64,000 nt of DNA from a bacterium (GTDB lineage: Bacteria > Patescibacteriota > Minisyncoccia > Phycocordibacterales > UBA918), in assembly GCA_043719295.1 (NCBI GenBank), contig JAYSUD010000001.1:97700-161699 (forward strand), read 5' to 3'. Made by a program: the position numbers and the translations under genes. Below are positions 18,416-26,673 of this stretch, one piece after another. Position 1 is the first letter of the stretch, and each line of letters opens with the position of its first letter. The notes beneath the pieces were generated by a model. That model did not search any database. It was not told the DNA's origin and saw only the letters and a program-made list of their open reading frames with translations.

Positions 18416-19027
18416 ATGTTCCCAAAAAGCTCAAATGAATACAAACTACTTTCTAAACTCAATACACCTCAAAAGGTGCAGACTTTCTTGGAATCTATTC
18501 CCTTTAACCATGAGGAAAATGGGATGACGTGCAGGTCGGGGTATCTCGCTTTAAAAGAGAATAAGGCACACTGTATCGAAGGAGCGTTTATTGGAGCTTT
18601 TGCATTACACTTGCAAGGCAGAGATGCAACACTTGTGAGTTTAAAAGTGAAGAAACCTGATGATGATCACGTTATTGTACTTTTTAAAGAAAACGGTTTC
18701 TACGGAGCGTTAAGCAAAACAAACCACCCCGTGCTTCGCTATCGCGATCCTGTGTACAAAACAGTTCGTGAACTCGTTATGTCGTACTTTCATGAGTATT
18801 TTTTATATACAAATGGAAAGAAAACACTTCAAGGCTACACTAAGCCCATTAACTTAAAGCGCTATGGCACAAAATGGATAACAGGAGAAGAAGATGTGTG
18901 GGAGATTGGAAACGATATTTATAATCTACCAATAATCACCATCGTTCCTGACGCAAACAAACACCTCCTTCGTAACGCAACTCAATTTGAACGTACTTCA
19001 CTTGATGTGCAAGAGTGGAAGCAATAA
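18416..19027 (+). CDS. Hypothetical protein co-transcribed with the RhuM-Doc gene (Cys/His/Asp, papain-like or transglutaminase-like?)
   Basis: ATG 2 nt after the Doc gene stop. Conserved-looking order GMTCRSGYLAL ... DDDHVIVLF ... D, compatible with a Cys-His-Asp triad. Fold is unassigned. Confidence 0.4.
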   Translation: MFPKSSNEYKLLSKLNTPQKVQTFLESIPFNHEENGMTCRSGYLALKENKAHCIEGAFIGAFALHLQGRDATLVSLKVKKPDDDHVIVLFKENGFYGALSKTNHPVLRYRDPVYKTVRELVMSYFHEYFLYTNGKKTLQGYTKPINLKRYGTKWITGEEDVWEIGNDIYNLPIITIVPDANKHLLRNATQFERTSLDVQEWKQ

Positions 19028-19154
19028 AGCAAGGTAGTATCTTTTAAATTTCATTTTCAGTATCTGGTTTAAGTTCAGAAAATCAGTTTTATTATACTTG
19101 TGTCAAAATTGTATCAATGCTTTAATTCCTGTTGGTTCAAAACAGGGGACTCCA

Positions 19155-19622
19155 ATGTTTGAGACATTCATCGACTTCTCGGTAAACGGTAGAGACTATA
19201 GTGATTGGGTCTTGTTGGTTAATCGCCTTGCTATCGGGTTGTTCTGTGCAATTTCGTGTTTTCACAAGCTCTTTGTCAAAGAAAGACAAGAACAACTTGT
19301 GCAAACACTTATCGCGTGCAAGATACCTTTTGTGAGTTTTTGCAGATGGTTTGTGCCACTGGTTGAGTTCTTTGGTGGTTTAGCTGTAATTTCTGGTGTT
19401 CTCGCACCACTTGCAGCACTTGGACTACTGATAATTTTCTTGGTCGCTTTGTATACTGAAGGACCCAAGAGAATTAAGGAGTTCAAACCCATCAACGCTG
19501 CTGACTACTTGGATGATGTTCTCTATTTGTCTGAAACAACGTACGTGGTGATGGCATTGTTCGTTATGTTCATTGGTACGGGGAAGTACACCTTTATGTG
19601 GGTTGTTATACTCCTTTTCTAA
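19155..19622 (+). CDS. DoxX family membrane protein
   Basis: Four TM helices, with DoxX-like segments LLVNRLAIGLFCAISCFHKLF and LVEFFGGLAVISGVLAPLAALGLLIIFLVALY. Start taken at MFETF. Confidence 0.55.
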   Translation: MFETFIDFSVNGRDYSDWVLLVNRLAIGLFCAISCFHKLFVKERQEQLVQTLIACKIPFVSFCRWFVPLVEFFGGLAVISGVLAPLAALGLLIIFLVALYTEGPKRIKEFKPINAADYLDDVLYLSETTYVVMALFVMFIGTGKYTFMWVVILLF

Positions 19623-19651
19623 CCAGTTTTGTTATTTATAGGTAGTGATGT

Positions 19652-19682
19652 GTGCTCCTGCAATTTGGCAGGAGCATTTTTG
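19652..19682 (+). terminator. Intrinsic terminator
   Basis: TGCTCCTGC-AATTTG-GCAGGAGCA followed by TTTTT. Confidence 0.6.
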
Positions 19683-19770
19683 ATATTTAATGTATAGATA
19701 TACACAGATCTCAACTTTATGTGTTATCAAAAAGTACATTTGTACTTGTTTGTACGTGATACCATTAAGT

Positions 19771-20331
19771 ATGGTAAAAAAAGCTACTACACAAAAGAGT
19801 GTTTTAAAAGAATTAAACGGGCAATTGAAGACGTTGCAAACTGCTCTTGTTACTGCAAATAAACTCGAAGGGAAAGATGACTACTTGCAGGTTTCTGTTA
19901 AAAAGAACCAAGCTCGTTTTGAACGGATTAAGAAGAAAGGTGTTGAGGACAAAGCAGTGGGGAAGTTTTTTATACAAATTGATGTCACCTCAAAGGCAGA
20001 GACTATTTTCATCCCAACATCAATTGCGTCAGGTAAAAAACCAACGGGTTTTATCTACCAAATTGAAGGAACCGCAAAGGGAGCTATTTCCAACGCAAGC
20101 GTAAGTTGTAGGGGCGAAGATGTGACACAGGTTACCGTTGGCACGTTAATTTATTCTAAAATACCGAAAGGGAAGACTGCGTCTTTTAAAATTCAAGTAG
20201 AAATAAGTGGAAATTTTGCTAAAACATACAAAATTATCATCAACAGAATCAACTATAAACTTGCAGTAAACGACGCCCGCTACAAGCAATACCTCAAAGA
20301 GATTGCTTCTGACAGTGTTACGTTTTCTTAG
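19771..20331 (+). CDS. Hypothetical secreted protein
   Basis: Start at MVKKATTQKS; no recognisable motif. Confidence 0.35.
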   Translation: MVKKATTQKSVLKELNGQLKTLQTALVTANKLEGKDDYLQVSVKKNQARFERIKKKGVEDKAVGKFFIQIDVTSKAETIFIPTSIASGKKPTGFIYQIEGTAKGAISNASVSCRGEDVTQVTVGTLIYSKIPKGKTASFKIQVEISGNFAKTYKIIINRINYKLAVNDARYKQYLKEIASDSVTFS

Positions 20332-20496
20332 TCTATAGAAGCATATCTAAGTTTATTGTAATGAAATATTGTTTCAGTCGGCTTAATAGTGTCGAGACAG
20401 GAGTAACGCAAATATAGAAGTCATATAGACTTTTGGAGCGCTATTAACTCAACAAATCTCAAGCTATTCAGAAATTAACTAACTAATACAAATATC

Positions 20497-20760
20497 ATGA
20501 CAAACACAATCAACTCATCAAAAGTTATCCTTGTAGCATTTATTTTCGGAGCTTTGATGCTTGTGTCAGTACCAAGCTTCGCTTCTGCTGCTTCATACGC
20601 ATATGTTGCATCAACAGGTGAAGTTAAGTCAGTAACTGCAGATGACTGGATGACAGCAATTGCAACTGCAATTGGTATTCACATCAACAGTGGAGTATTC
20701 TTGCTTAAATCAGCAGCAGACTTTGCAGTTGTTGGAGAAGACATCAACGTTTCAAAGTAA
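20497..20760 (+). CDS. Small secreted protein with signal peptide
   Basis: KVILVAFIFGALMLVSVPSFASA followed by an AxA cleavage site; 87 aa. Confidence 0.4.
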   Translation: MTNTINSSKVILVAFIFGALMLVSVPSFASAASYAYVASTGEVKSVTADDWMTAIATAIGIHINSGVFLLKSAADFAVVGEDINVSK

Positions 20761-20776
20761 TCACTGCACTACATAC

Positions 20777-20808
20777 AAAAGAAGGTGCAGTCTGCACCTT
20801 CTTTTGTT
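20777..20808 (+). terminator. Intrinsic terminator
   Basis: AAAAGAAGGTGCAG-T-CTGCACCTTCTTTTGTTGT. Confidence 0.65.
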
Positions 20809-20855
20809 GTCATAAAACATGATTAAACTAAAGAACTAATGTACTATCAAAATAT

Positions 20856-21941
20856 ATGAAAAAAAATTCTCTATCACCATTTTATCTGACGCTTGCGATG
20901 TTTGTATCTCTTTCACTATATCCATCTGTTTCATTTGGAGCTACACAAAAACCCACTTGCCAACTCACCGTTCTAACATCTCGAGGTGAAACGACAATTG
21001 ACGGAACAGAAAAAGTGCTCCTAAAAAAGAACGAAGAAATTAAAATATCTTGGGAAAGTTCAAACGCTAAAAAAGCATTTACCGACAATATACAAAAAAT
21101 CGATCTTGACGGATCTGCCACCTCTTCACCATCAAAAGATCAGACATTCACTTACTTATTTGAAAATGGTACTAAAAAAGTAACATGTGAAGTTGATGTT
21201 GTTGTTGTGCAAGGCACGATTTCAAGTCCACTTACTTTTACTGAGTCAGCAAAACCGAAAATTACGGGTACTGCTAAGGGCCTTAAAACAGTACAAGTGA
21301 ACGTTATCAAGAAAGACGGGACAAAGCCGGTTTTTGTCAAAAAGAATGTGAAGGTTACTAATGGTAAATGGAGTGTGACTCTTTCAAATAAGCTTAAGAA
21401 AGGTGAGTACACTGTTACTTTGTTAGGGTCACAAATTTTACTCTTAAATACAATCAGTACAAGTACACTCCGTATTGGAACACAAGTACAAAAGAAAGGC
21501 ACTACCTTTGTAGCTGAACTTGTGCCGCTTTTGGTTGGAGGGCAAGCTGAACGTAACGCTACAATGCCGGTTATGTACCTGCAAGTAATAAACATTGGTA
21601 AAACGGAAGGGACAATTAAAAGTTTTGAAGTAAAACAAAATGGGTCAGCACAAGCTGACACGGTAGTTGGTCTTACTATTAACAATGAGTTAATGACAAC
21701 AGGTTCAATCAAAGCAGAGAAAGGGAAGTCTGTGTTTAAAAACAATATTGCATCAATTCCTGTTTCTGTAACAATCAAGCCTCAGCAAATGCAACTGTTT
21801 ACACTCAAAGCTATAGTGGGCACAACGCCACTTACTCAAATTGGAAAGCAATTAAAGCTTGATATGGTTTCAATTACAACTGATGGCACTATGCAAAGCA
21901 CATTCCCTGTACGGGGCACTACGTGGACATTGGTAAATTAA
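20856..21941 (+). CDS. Secreted beta-rich (Ig-like repeat) surface protein
   Basis: Signal peptide LTLAMFVSLSLYPSVSFGA. Repeated TxTVTL/KVTxxV beta-strand patterns. Confidence 0.45.
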   Translation: MKKNSLSPFYLTLAMFVSLSLYPSVSFGATQKPTCQLTVLTSRGETTIDGTEKVLLKKNEEIKISWESSNAKKAFTDNIQKIDLDGSATSSPSKDQTFTYLFENGTKKVTCEVDVVVVQGTISSPLTFTESAKPKITGTAKGLKTVQVNVIKKDGTKPVFVKKNVKVTNGKWSVTLSNKLKKGEYTVTLLGSQILLLNTISTSTLRIGTQVQKKGTTFVAELVPLLVGGQAERNATMPVMYLQVINIGKTEGTIKSFEVKQNGSAQADTVVGLTINNELMTTGSIKAEKGKSVFKNNIASIPVSVTIKPQQMQLFTLKAIVGTTPLTQIGKQLKLDMVSITTDGTMQSTFPVRGTTWTLVN

Positions 21942-22007
21942 AGCTACATACACATACAACAAAAGAAAACCACCATTTGATGGTTTTCTTTTGATATAAA
22001 AATTACA

Positions 22008-22421
22008 CTACCGTGCAGCAAGTTTTTGTCGTACTTGCTCAACCACATTACTGATACTTAAGTTAGACTTGAGCACGTAAAACGTATAGATGTCTTTTGA
22101 AATGGTTGCGAGCATTTTTTCGTCATCGCTTCCTACGTTGGTAAGCAAAATAACAGGTACTGTTTCTGCCCAAAAATCGACAGTCCGTAATTCTTGAAGC
22201 ATTTGTAGGCCATCTTTTTTGGGCATTACTTTATCAAGGAGAATGATGTGTGGACGTACTTCTAAGGCCTGTTTTAGACCTTCAGTACCATCTTTAGCTT
22301 CAAACACAGTAAATCCTTCACGATTGAATTTATCGCATAGCGCGTGGCGAATTGAGGTTTCATCCTCAACAATTAGTATGGTTTTTACTATTGGTACCCC
22401 TACAGTCATACTGTTATACAC
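22008..22421 (-). CDS. Single-domain response regulator (REC only)
   Basis: ILIVEDETSIRHALCDKF...HIILLDKVMPKKDG...: phospho-acceptor Asp and conserved Lys context present; no output domain. Confidence 0.75.
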   Translation of the reverse strand: MYNSMTVGVPIVKTILIVEDETSIRHALCDKFNREGFTVFEAKDGTEGLKQALEVRPHIILLDKVMPKKDGLQMLQELRTVDFWAETVPVILLTNVGSDDEKMLATISKDIYTFYVLKSNLSISNVVEQVRQKLAAR

Positions 22422-22881
22422 TAAGTACTACTTTGAGATCATCAATTATGTCTGCCAACTTGTGTTCTGCTTTAAGATAGTATTTTGTTACGCCGAGTTC
22501 AGTATAGGTTTTAATAAGTTCTGTATCAGCAGAATTTGATACAACTAGAATTGGTAACGATGACCATCTACCACCGTTTGCTTTAAACTTTACAACGAAA
22601 TCTATACCGTCTTCTCTTCCAATAAGGTTATGATCAAGCCATATTGCATCAACATTCTCTAATGTTTCTAAATAGGCAAGTTCTGCTTCAATGTCATTTT
22701 TTGTAAGTGCTTGATTTTTGCTTAAAATTTGAGAAAATTCTGTTGAAAAAGCTCGCGCTACGCTTGTAGATACTACAACCGTAAAAAACGAAAGTTCAAG
22801 TTTTGTCTTGATTACTTCTAACAATGCTGCATCATCTTCAATAACTAGTATCGTTTTATTCTTTTTAATATTTTGATTCAT
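22414..22881 (-). CDS. Single-domain response regulator (REC only), second copy
   Basis: ILVIEDDAALLEVIKTKL...AIWLDHNL...: receiver fold. Overlaps the downstream REC gene by 8 nt. Confidence 0.65.
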   Translation of the reverse strand: MNQNIKKNKTILVIEDDAALLEVIKTKLELSFFTVVVSTSVARAFSTEFSQILSKNQALTKNDIEAELAYLETLENVDAIWLDHNLIGREDGIDFVVKFKANGGRWSSLPILVVSNSADTELIKTYTELGVTKYYLKAEHKLADIIDDLKVVLSV

Positions 22882-22911
22882 AGAGTAATTTTTGCTAATA
22901 GAGGATCACAT

Positions 22912-24222
22912 TTAGGACATTACTATGGGTAGCTCAACATAGAACGTGGTTCCAATATTTTCTTTAGAGGTAAACCAGACCGTGCCCCCTGAGTTATCGA
23001 CAATTGCTTTGACGAGATAGAGTCCAAGTCCTGTGCCTTCTGTATCTTTTTCTCGTACATTGTCTGCTCTAAAGAGCTTATTGAATATTTGTGGTTGTTG
23101 ATCTTCTGGTATGCCGTACCCAGTGTCAGTAAGTGTGAGAAGTAACTTTGACATGTCACTTGATACTCCAAGTTTTAGGTCGATACTGCCGTTACTGTCG
23201 GTGTATTTGATGGCGTTAGACAACAGGTTTTCAACAACCATACGCATAAGGTTTGGATCGGCTTGTATAAAAGGTATTTTGGTATCAGGTGTGTATGAAA
23301 ATAATATATCTTTTTTATCGATTTCAGGTCGTTGTTCATTAGCTACATTTTGAACTAAAAGAGCAATGTCTGTTTTTTCTGTCTCCACAGTAAAGGTTCC
23401 CAAGCTCATACGCGATACGTTCAAAAGCGCATTAACGAGAGTTATCATGCGCTGGTTGCCTTTGTACACTTCTTTTAGGTATTTTTCTTGGGCTTGGTTT
23501 ATTTCTCCGACATCCCCTGATAGAAGCATTTCGGTATACCAATTGATTGCAGACAAGGGAGTCCGTAGTTGATGCGAAGCAAGAGAGACAAATTCTGTTT
23601 TAGCTTTATCAATATCTTTCTCTTTTGAAATATCGTGGAATGTCTTAACAAGGCCAACAACGTTACCGTTTAAACGAATAGGGGTAAAGATTGCTCTTGT
23701 AGGGAAAGTAGATTTATTTTTCCTTATGGTATACAAAGTGTTATCAACTCCAGAAGAAAAGCTTTTACCATCAAGTACATAGTTGAGAACCTCATCAGTG
23801 CTAGAAGTTTTACCTTTAGTTTCAGTATCTATAGGAAGAACCTCGGAAATTTTCTTTTGCAGTACTTCACTGGATACCCAGCCAGTGAGGCTTTCAAATG
23901 CATCATTCACATAGGTGATTTTACCTTTAACATCAGTTACCACCAAACCATCACCAATACTACTTAAAATAGCATGATTAAGCGCATTTTGCTGTTGGGT
24001 TTCTTTAAGTGTAGCAGCAATTTGTTCTTCACTTTCTTTCAATTTTGCAACAGTAGCTTCAAGTTCTTGGTTACTGAGCTCTAAATCTTTAAGTACATTT
24101 AAGACTGCCTTTCGAGATTGTGCTACATCTTTTGCATCATATTTAAAATCCTCACGAATATTTAAAATCGCAGTTTGGATATCTTCATTTGAAATATTTT
24201 TCTGTGGATCAACTTTTTTCAT
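22912..24222 (-). CDS. PAS-domain sensor histidine kinase
   Basis: PAS ILSSIGDGLVVTDVKGKITYVNDAFESLTGW. H-box LASHQLRTPLSAINWYTEMLL. G-boxes DTGYGIPE and GTGLGLYLVKAIVDNSGGTVW. Confidence 0.85.
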   Translation of the reverse strand: MKKVDPQKNISNEDIQTAILNIREDFKYDAKDVAQSRKAVLNVLKDLELSNQELEATVAKLKESEEQIAATLKETQQQNALNHAILSSIGDGLVVTDVKGKITYVNDAFESLTGWVSSEVLQKKISEVLPIDTETKGKTSSTDEVLNYVLDGKSFSSGVDNTLYTIRKNKSTFPTRAIFTPIRLNGNVVGLVKTFHDISKEKDIDKAKTEFVSLASHQLRTPLSAINWYTEMLLSGDVGEINQAQEKYLKEVYKGNQRMITLVNALLNVSRMSLGTFTVETEKTDIALLVQNVANEQRPEIDKKDILFSYTPDTKIPFIQADPNLMRMVVENLLSNAIKYTDSNGSIDLKLGVSSDMSKLLLTLTDTGYGIPEDQQPQIFNKLFRADNVREKDTEGTGLGLYLVKAIVDNSGGTVWFTSKENIGTTFYVELPIVMS

Positions 24223-24259
24223 AACAACTGAAGATTTTAGAGTTATAGAGATATGCTAC

Positions 24260-24853
24260 TTAAGAAGTAGGATTCTTTAGTAATTCTATTTCTTTCTTTA
24301 ATTCTATCATCTTTAGCTCTCTTCCAACCATAATCTTATTAAGTGCTTCAAGATCTTTGATTCGATCTGCAATTTCAAGAGTACGCTCTTCTACTTTTAG
24401 TTCAAGTCCATTAGTATACTCAGCAAGCTTTTGTTCTAGTTGTTTTCGTACTGTTATATCTTCCATGGCGAGAACAATCATGTGTGTACTATCAATATCA
24501 ATTTCACGGGCGTTAAGTAAAATAGTCTTTTGGCCTATTGTTTGAAAGGTATGGGTCACTTCGTAATCTTTGACTACGTTATTTTGAGGCAAAATCTCTT
24601 CAAGAAGGCTTTTTAAAATTGGAATATCCCACTGGCCATTGCCAAGCTCATAGAGGAGTACTTTCTCTGTTTGTAGTGGTTCAACTTGAAAATTTTCGTA
24701 AAAGGTAGGATTTGCCTGTACTACACGAAGATCAGAATCTAGAATAAGAAAAGACTCACGAGCTACTTCAACCAATGTTTTCATGTAGTGCAATGCGAGT
24801 TCTTTTGAGCCCTCTTGAGTAGATTTTACAGTGTTATTAGATAATTTTGTCAT
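24260..24853 (-). CDS. PAS domain / coiled-coil protein (sensor module without a kinase domain)
   Basis: PAS core ESFLILDSDLRVVQANPTFYENF...; C-terminal heptad-rich region EQKLAEYTNGLELKVEERTLEIADRIKDLEALNK. Confidence 0.55.
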   Translation of the reverse strand: MTKLSNNTVKSTQEGSKELALHYMKTLVEVARESFLILDSDLRVVQANPTFYENFQVEPLQTEKVLLYELGNGQWDIPILKSLLEEILPQNNVVKDYEVTHTFQTIGQKTILLNAREIDIDSTHMIVLAMEDITVRKQLEQKLAEYTNGLELKVEERTLEIADRIKDLEALNKIMVGRELKMIELKKEIELLKNPTS

Positions 24854-25043
24854 TAGATTGCTTTTTTATAGTATATGTCCCTCTTACTCAATAGAACAAT
24901 TGGACTATTGCTACGAGTAAGCCGTATTACTATAAAAGATATTACATAAACGTCCTAACCTGCACATACTTGTTTGAAATCAAGGTTGTTATTTAAAAGC
25001 CACCTGTCAAAGTGGCTTTTAAATGATTTCTCATCCTACATGG

Positions 25044-25283
25044 CTATTGTGCTTCAACTGAGCCTGAGGTTTGGTTAGTATTCTGTGCAGGCTCATTTAT
25101 TTTTGGTACCGTTACATTGATTTCAGTTGTGTTTTCCTTCGGCGCTTCTTGCGACCTTAGTTGTGGTAATCCATAGAACATAAAGAGTGCTGCAAGTAAG
25201 ATAAATACGAGAATGCTGAGAATAACACCAAGTGCACTACCATCACTTCCTTCCCTTTGTGGCGTATTAATTATTGTAGTCAT
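25044..25283 (-). CDS. Small membrane protein
   Basis: One TM ALGVILSILVFILLAALFMFY; 79 aa. Confidence 0.3.
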   Translation of the reverse strand: MTTIINTPQREGSDGSALGVILSILVFILLAALFMFYGLPQLRSQEAPKENTTEINVTVPKINEPAQNTNQTSGSVEAQ

Positions 25284-25293
25284 ATTGTTAAAA

Positions 25294-25545
25294 TTATGAA
25301 CGCTGTACCATTCGTACTAGAGCTATAAGTACTACTGCTCCTACGATTGCAACAACGAAACTATAGATATTAAAACCAGTTACTCCAGTACTTCCAACAA
25401 CACTCATTAGCCATCCCCCTAATACTGCACCGACAATTCCTACTACAATATTCATTCCAATTCCTTGTTGTGCGTCAGTATTCATAATCATTGATGCAAT
25501 CCAGCCTGCAATACCTCCAAAGATGATCCAAAGTACTATACCCAT
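25294..25545 (-). CDS. GlsB/YeaQ/YmgE (transglycosylase-associated) family membrane protein
   Basis: MGIVLWIIFGGIAGWIASMIM...GIVGAVLGGWL: typical glycine-zipper family pattern. Confidence 0.7.
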   Translation of the reverse strand: MGIVLWIIFGGIAGWIASMIMNTDAQQGIGMNIVVGIVGAVLGGWLMSVVGSTGVTGFNIYSFVVAIVGAVVLIALVRMVQRS

Positions 25546-25565
25546 ATATTTATATATTATTGTAA

Positions 25566-25922
25566 TTAATTTTCTTGATTTTGTAGTTCACTTGCTGCTT
25601 CAGGTGTTGATACTGTCTTACTCATAAGAAATATTCTTATGATTCCTAATGCGACAATGTAGTACACCAACATTGCAAGCAGTGTAGTCCATTCAAAAAC
25701 ACTCCCACTAACTCTGACGACACTAAACACATTGAGAAACGGTGAAGCTAAGAAGTAACTTATTGTGTAAATAAATGATGAAAATCCTGCTTCGGGGTTT
25801 GCTCCAAGTAGTTTAAGGACAAATCTGAAGAGTAATAGTGTTTCTATTATTCCTAAGATGTACCAAACCACCTGTGTGCCTTTGTATAACGACTTTGTTG
25901 TTGGTGAATTGTATGAGTCCAT
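25566..25922 (-). CDS. YggT-like membrane protein
   Basis: WYILGIIETLLLFRFVLKLLGANP...FIYTISYFLASPFL pattern. Confidence 0.45.
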   Translation of the reverse strand: MDSYNSPTTKSLYKGTQVVWYILGIIETLLLFRFVLKLLGANPEAGFSSFIYTISYFLASPFLNVFSVVRVSGSVFEWTTLLAMLVYYIVALGIIRIFLMSKTVSTPEAASELQNQEN

Positions 25923-26122
25923 ATATTTTGTATTACTAAACTGCTTACATATTAAGCCGACTATCTTTTAAAAATATTACACTCAAACGTATTGGTATAT
26001 GTGATATACTTATTCAATTGAAAGATACTCAAATTGAAGGCAATGCTCAGTACACCTGAGATTGTGAAGACCATACAGATTGTAGTATACGGTCGATACA
26101 TTGTTAGTAGGTTGTAATAAGA

Positions 26123-26671
26123 ATGCTAAGAACACGGCTTGGTAATGAAATGAAGTTAGACAAAAAGGCACAGGAAGATGCTTTTGCTAAAGCCCACAGT
26201 GAATTTCACAAAGGGTTACATTCGTATGCTTCTTTTAAAGTCAGTAGTCCAAGCTTAAGTGAAGACTTGGTTCAAGATACGTTTATTAAAACGTGGGGGT
26301 ATCTTGTAAAAGGAGGTGAGATAACACGAATGAAAGCGTTTTTATATCACGTGTTAAACGGTTTAATTATTGATGAGTATCGTAAAAAGAAAGCAACCTC
26401 GCTTGATGTGCTCTTAGAAAAAGGTTTTGAGCCAGCATCTGACACTTCAAAACAACTTGAAAATCTGTTTGATGGTGAAGTTGCTATAGTTTTAATAAAG
26501 AAGTTACCAAAAACATACCAAAGAGTTATACATATGCGGTATGTAGAAGATTTATCACTTGAAGAGATGGCGGAGATTACAGGGAAAACTAAAAACACCA
26601 TGGCAGTTCATGCACACCGTGGTATGGAAAAACTGCGAGAGTTATATAATCAACAACACGGACTGAAGTAA
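26123..26671 (+). CDS. ECF-type RNA polymerase sigma-70 factor
   Basis: Region 2 LVQDTFIKTWGYL. Region 4 HTH LSLEEMAEITGKTKNTMAVHAHRGMEKLRE. Confidence 0.8.
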   Translation: MLRTRLGNEMKLDKKAQEDAFAKAHSEFHKGLHSYASFKVSSPSLSEDLVQDTFIKTWGYLVKGGEITRMKAFLYHVLNGLIIDEYRKKKATSLDVLLEKGFEPASDTSKQLENLFDGEVAIVLIKKLPKTYQRVIHMRYVEDLSLEEMAEITGKTKNTMAVHAHRGMEKLRELYNQQHGLK

Positions 26672-26673
26672 AC

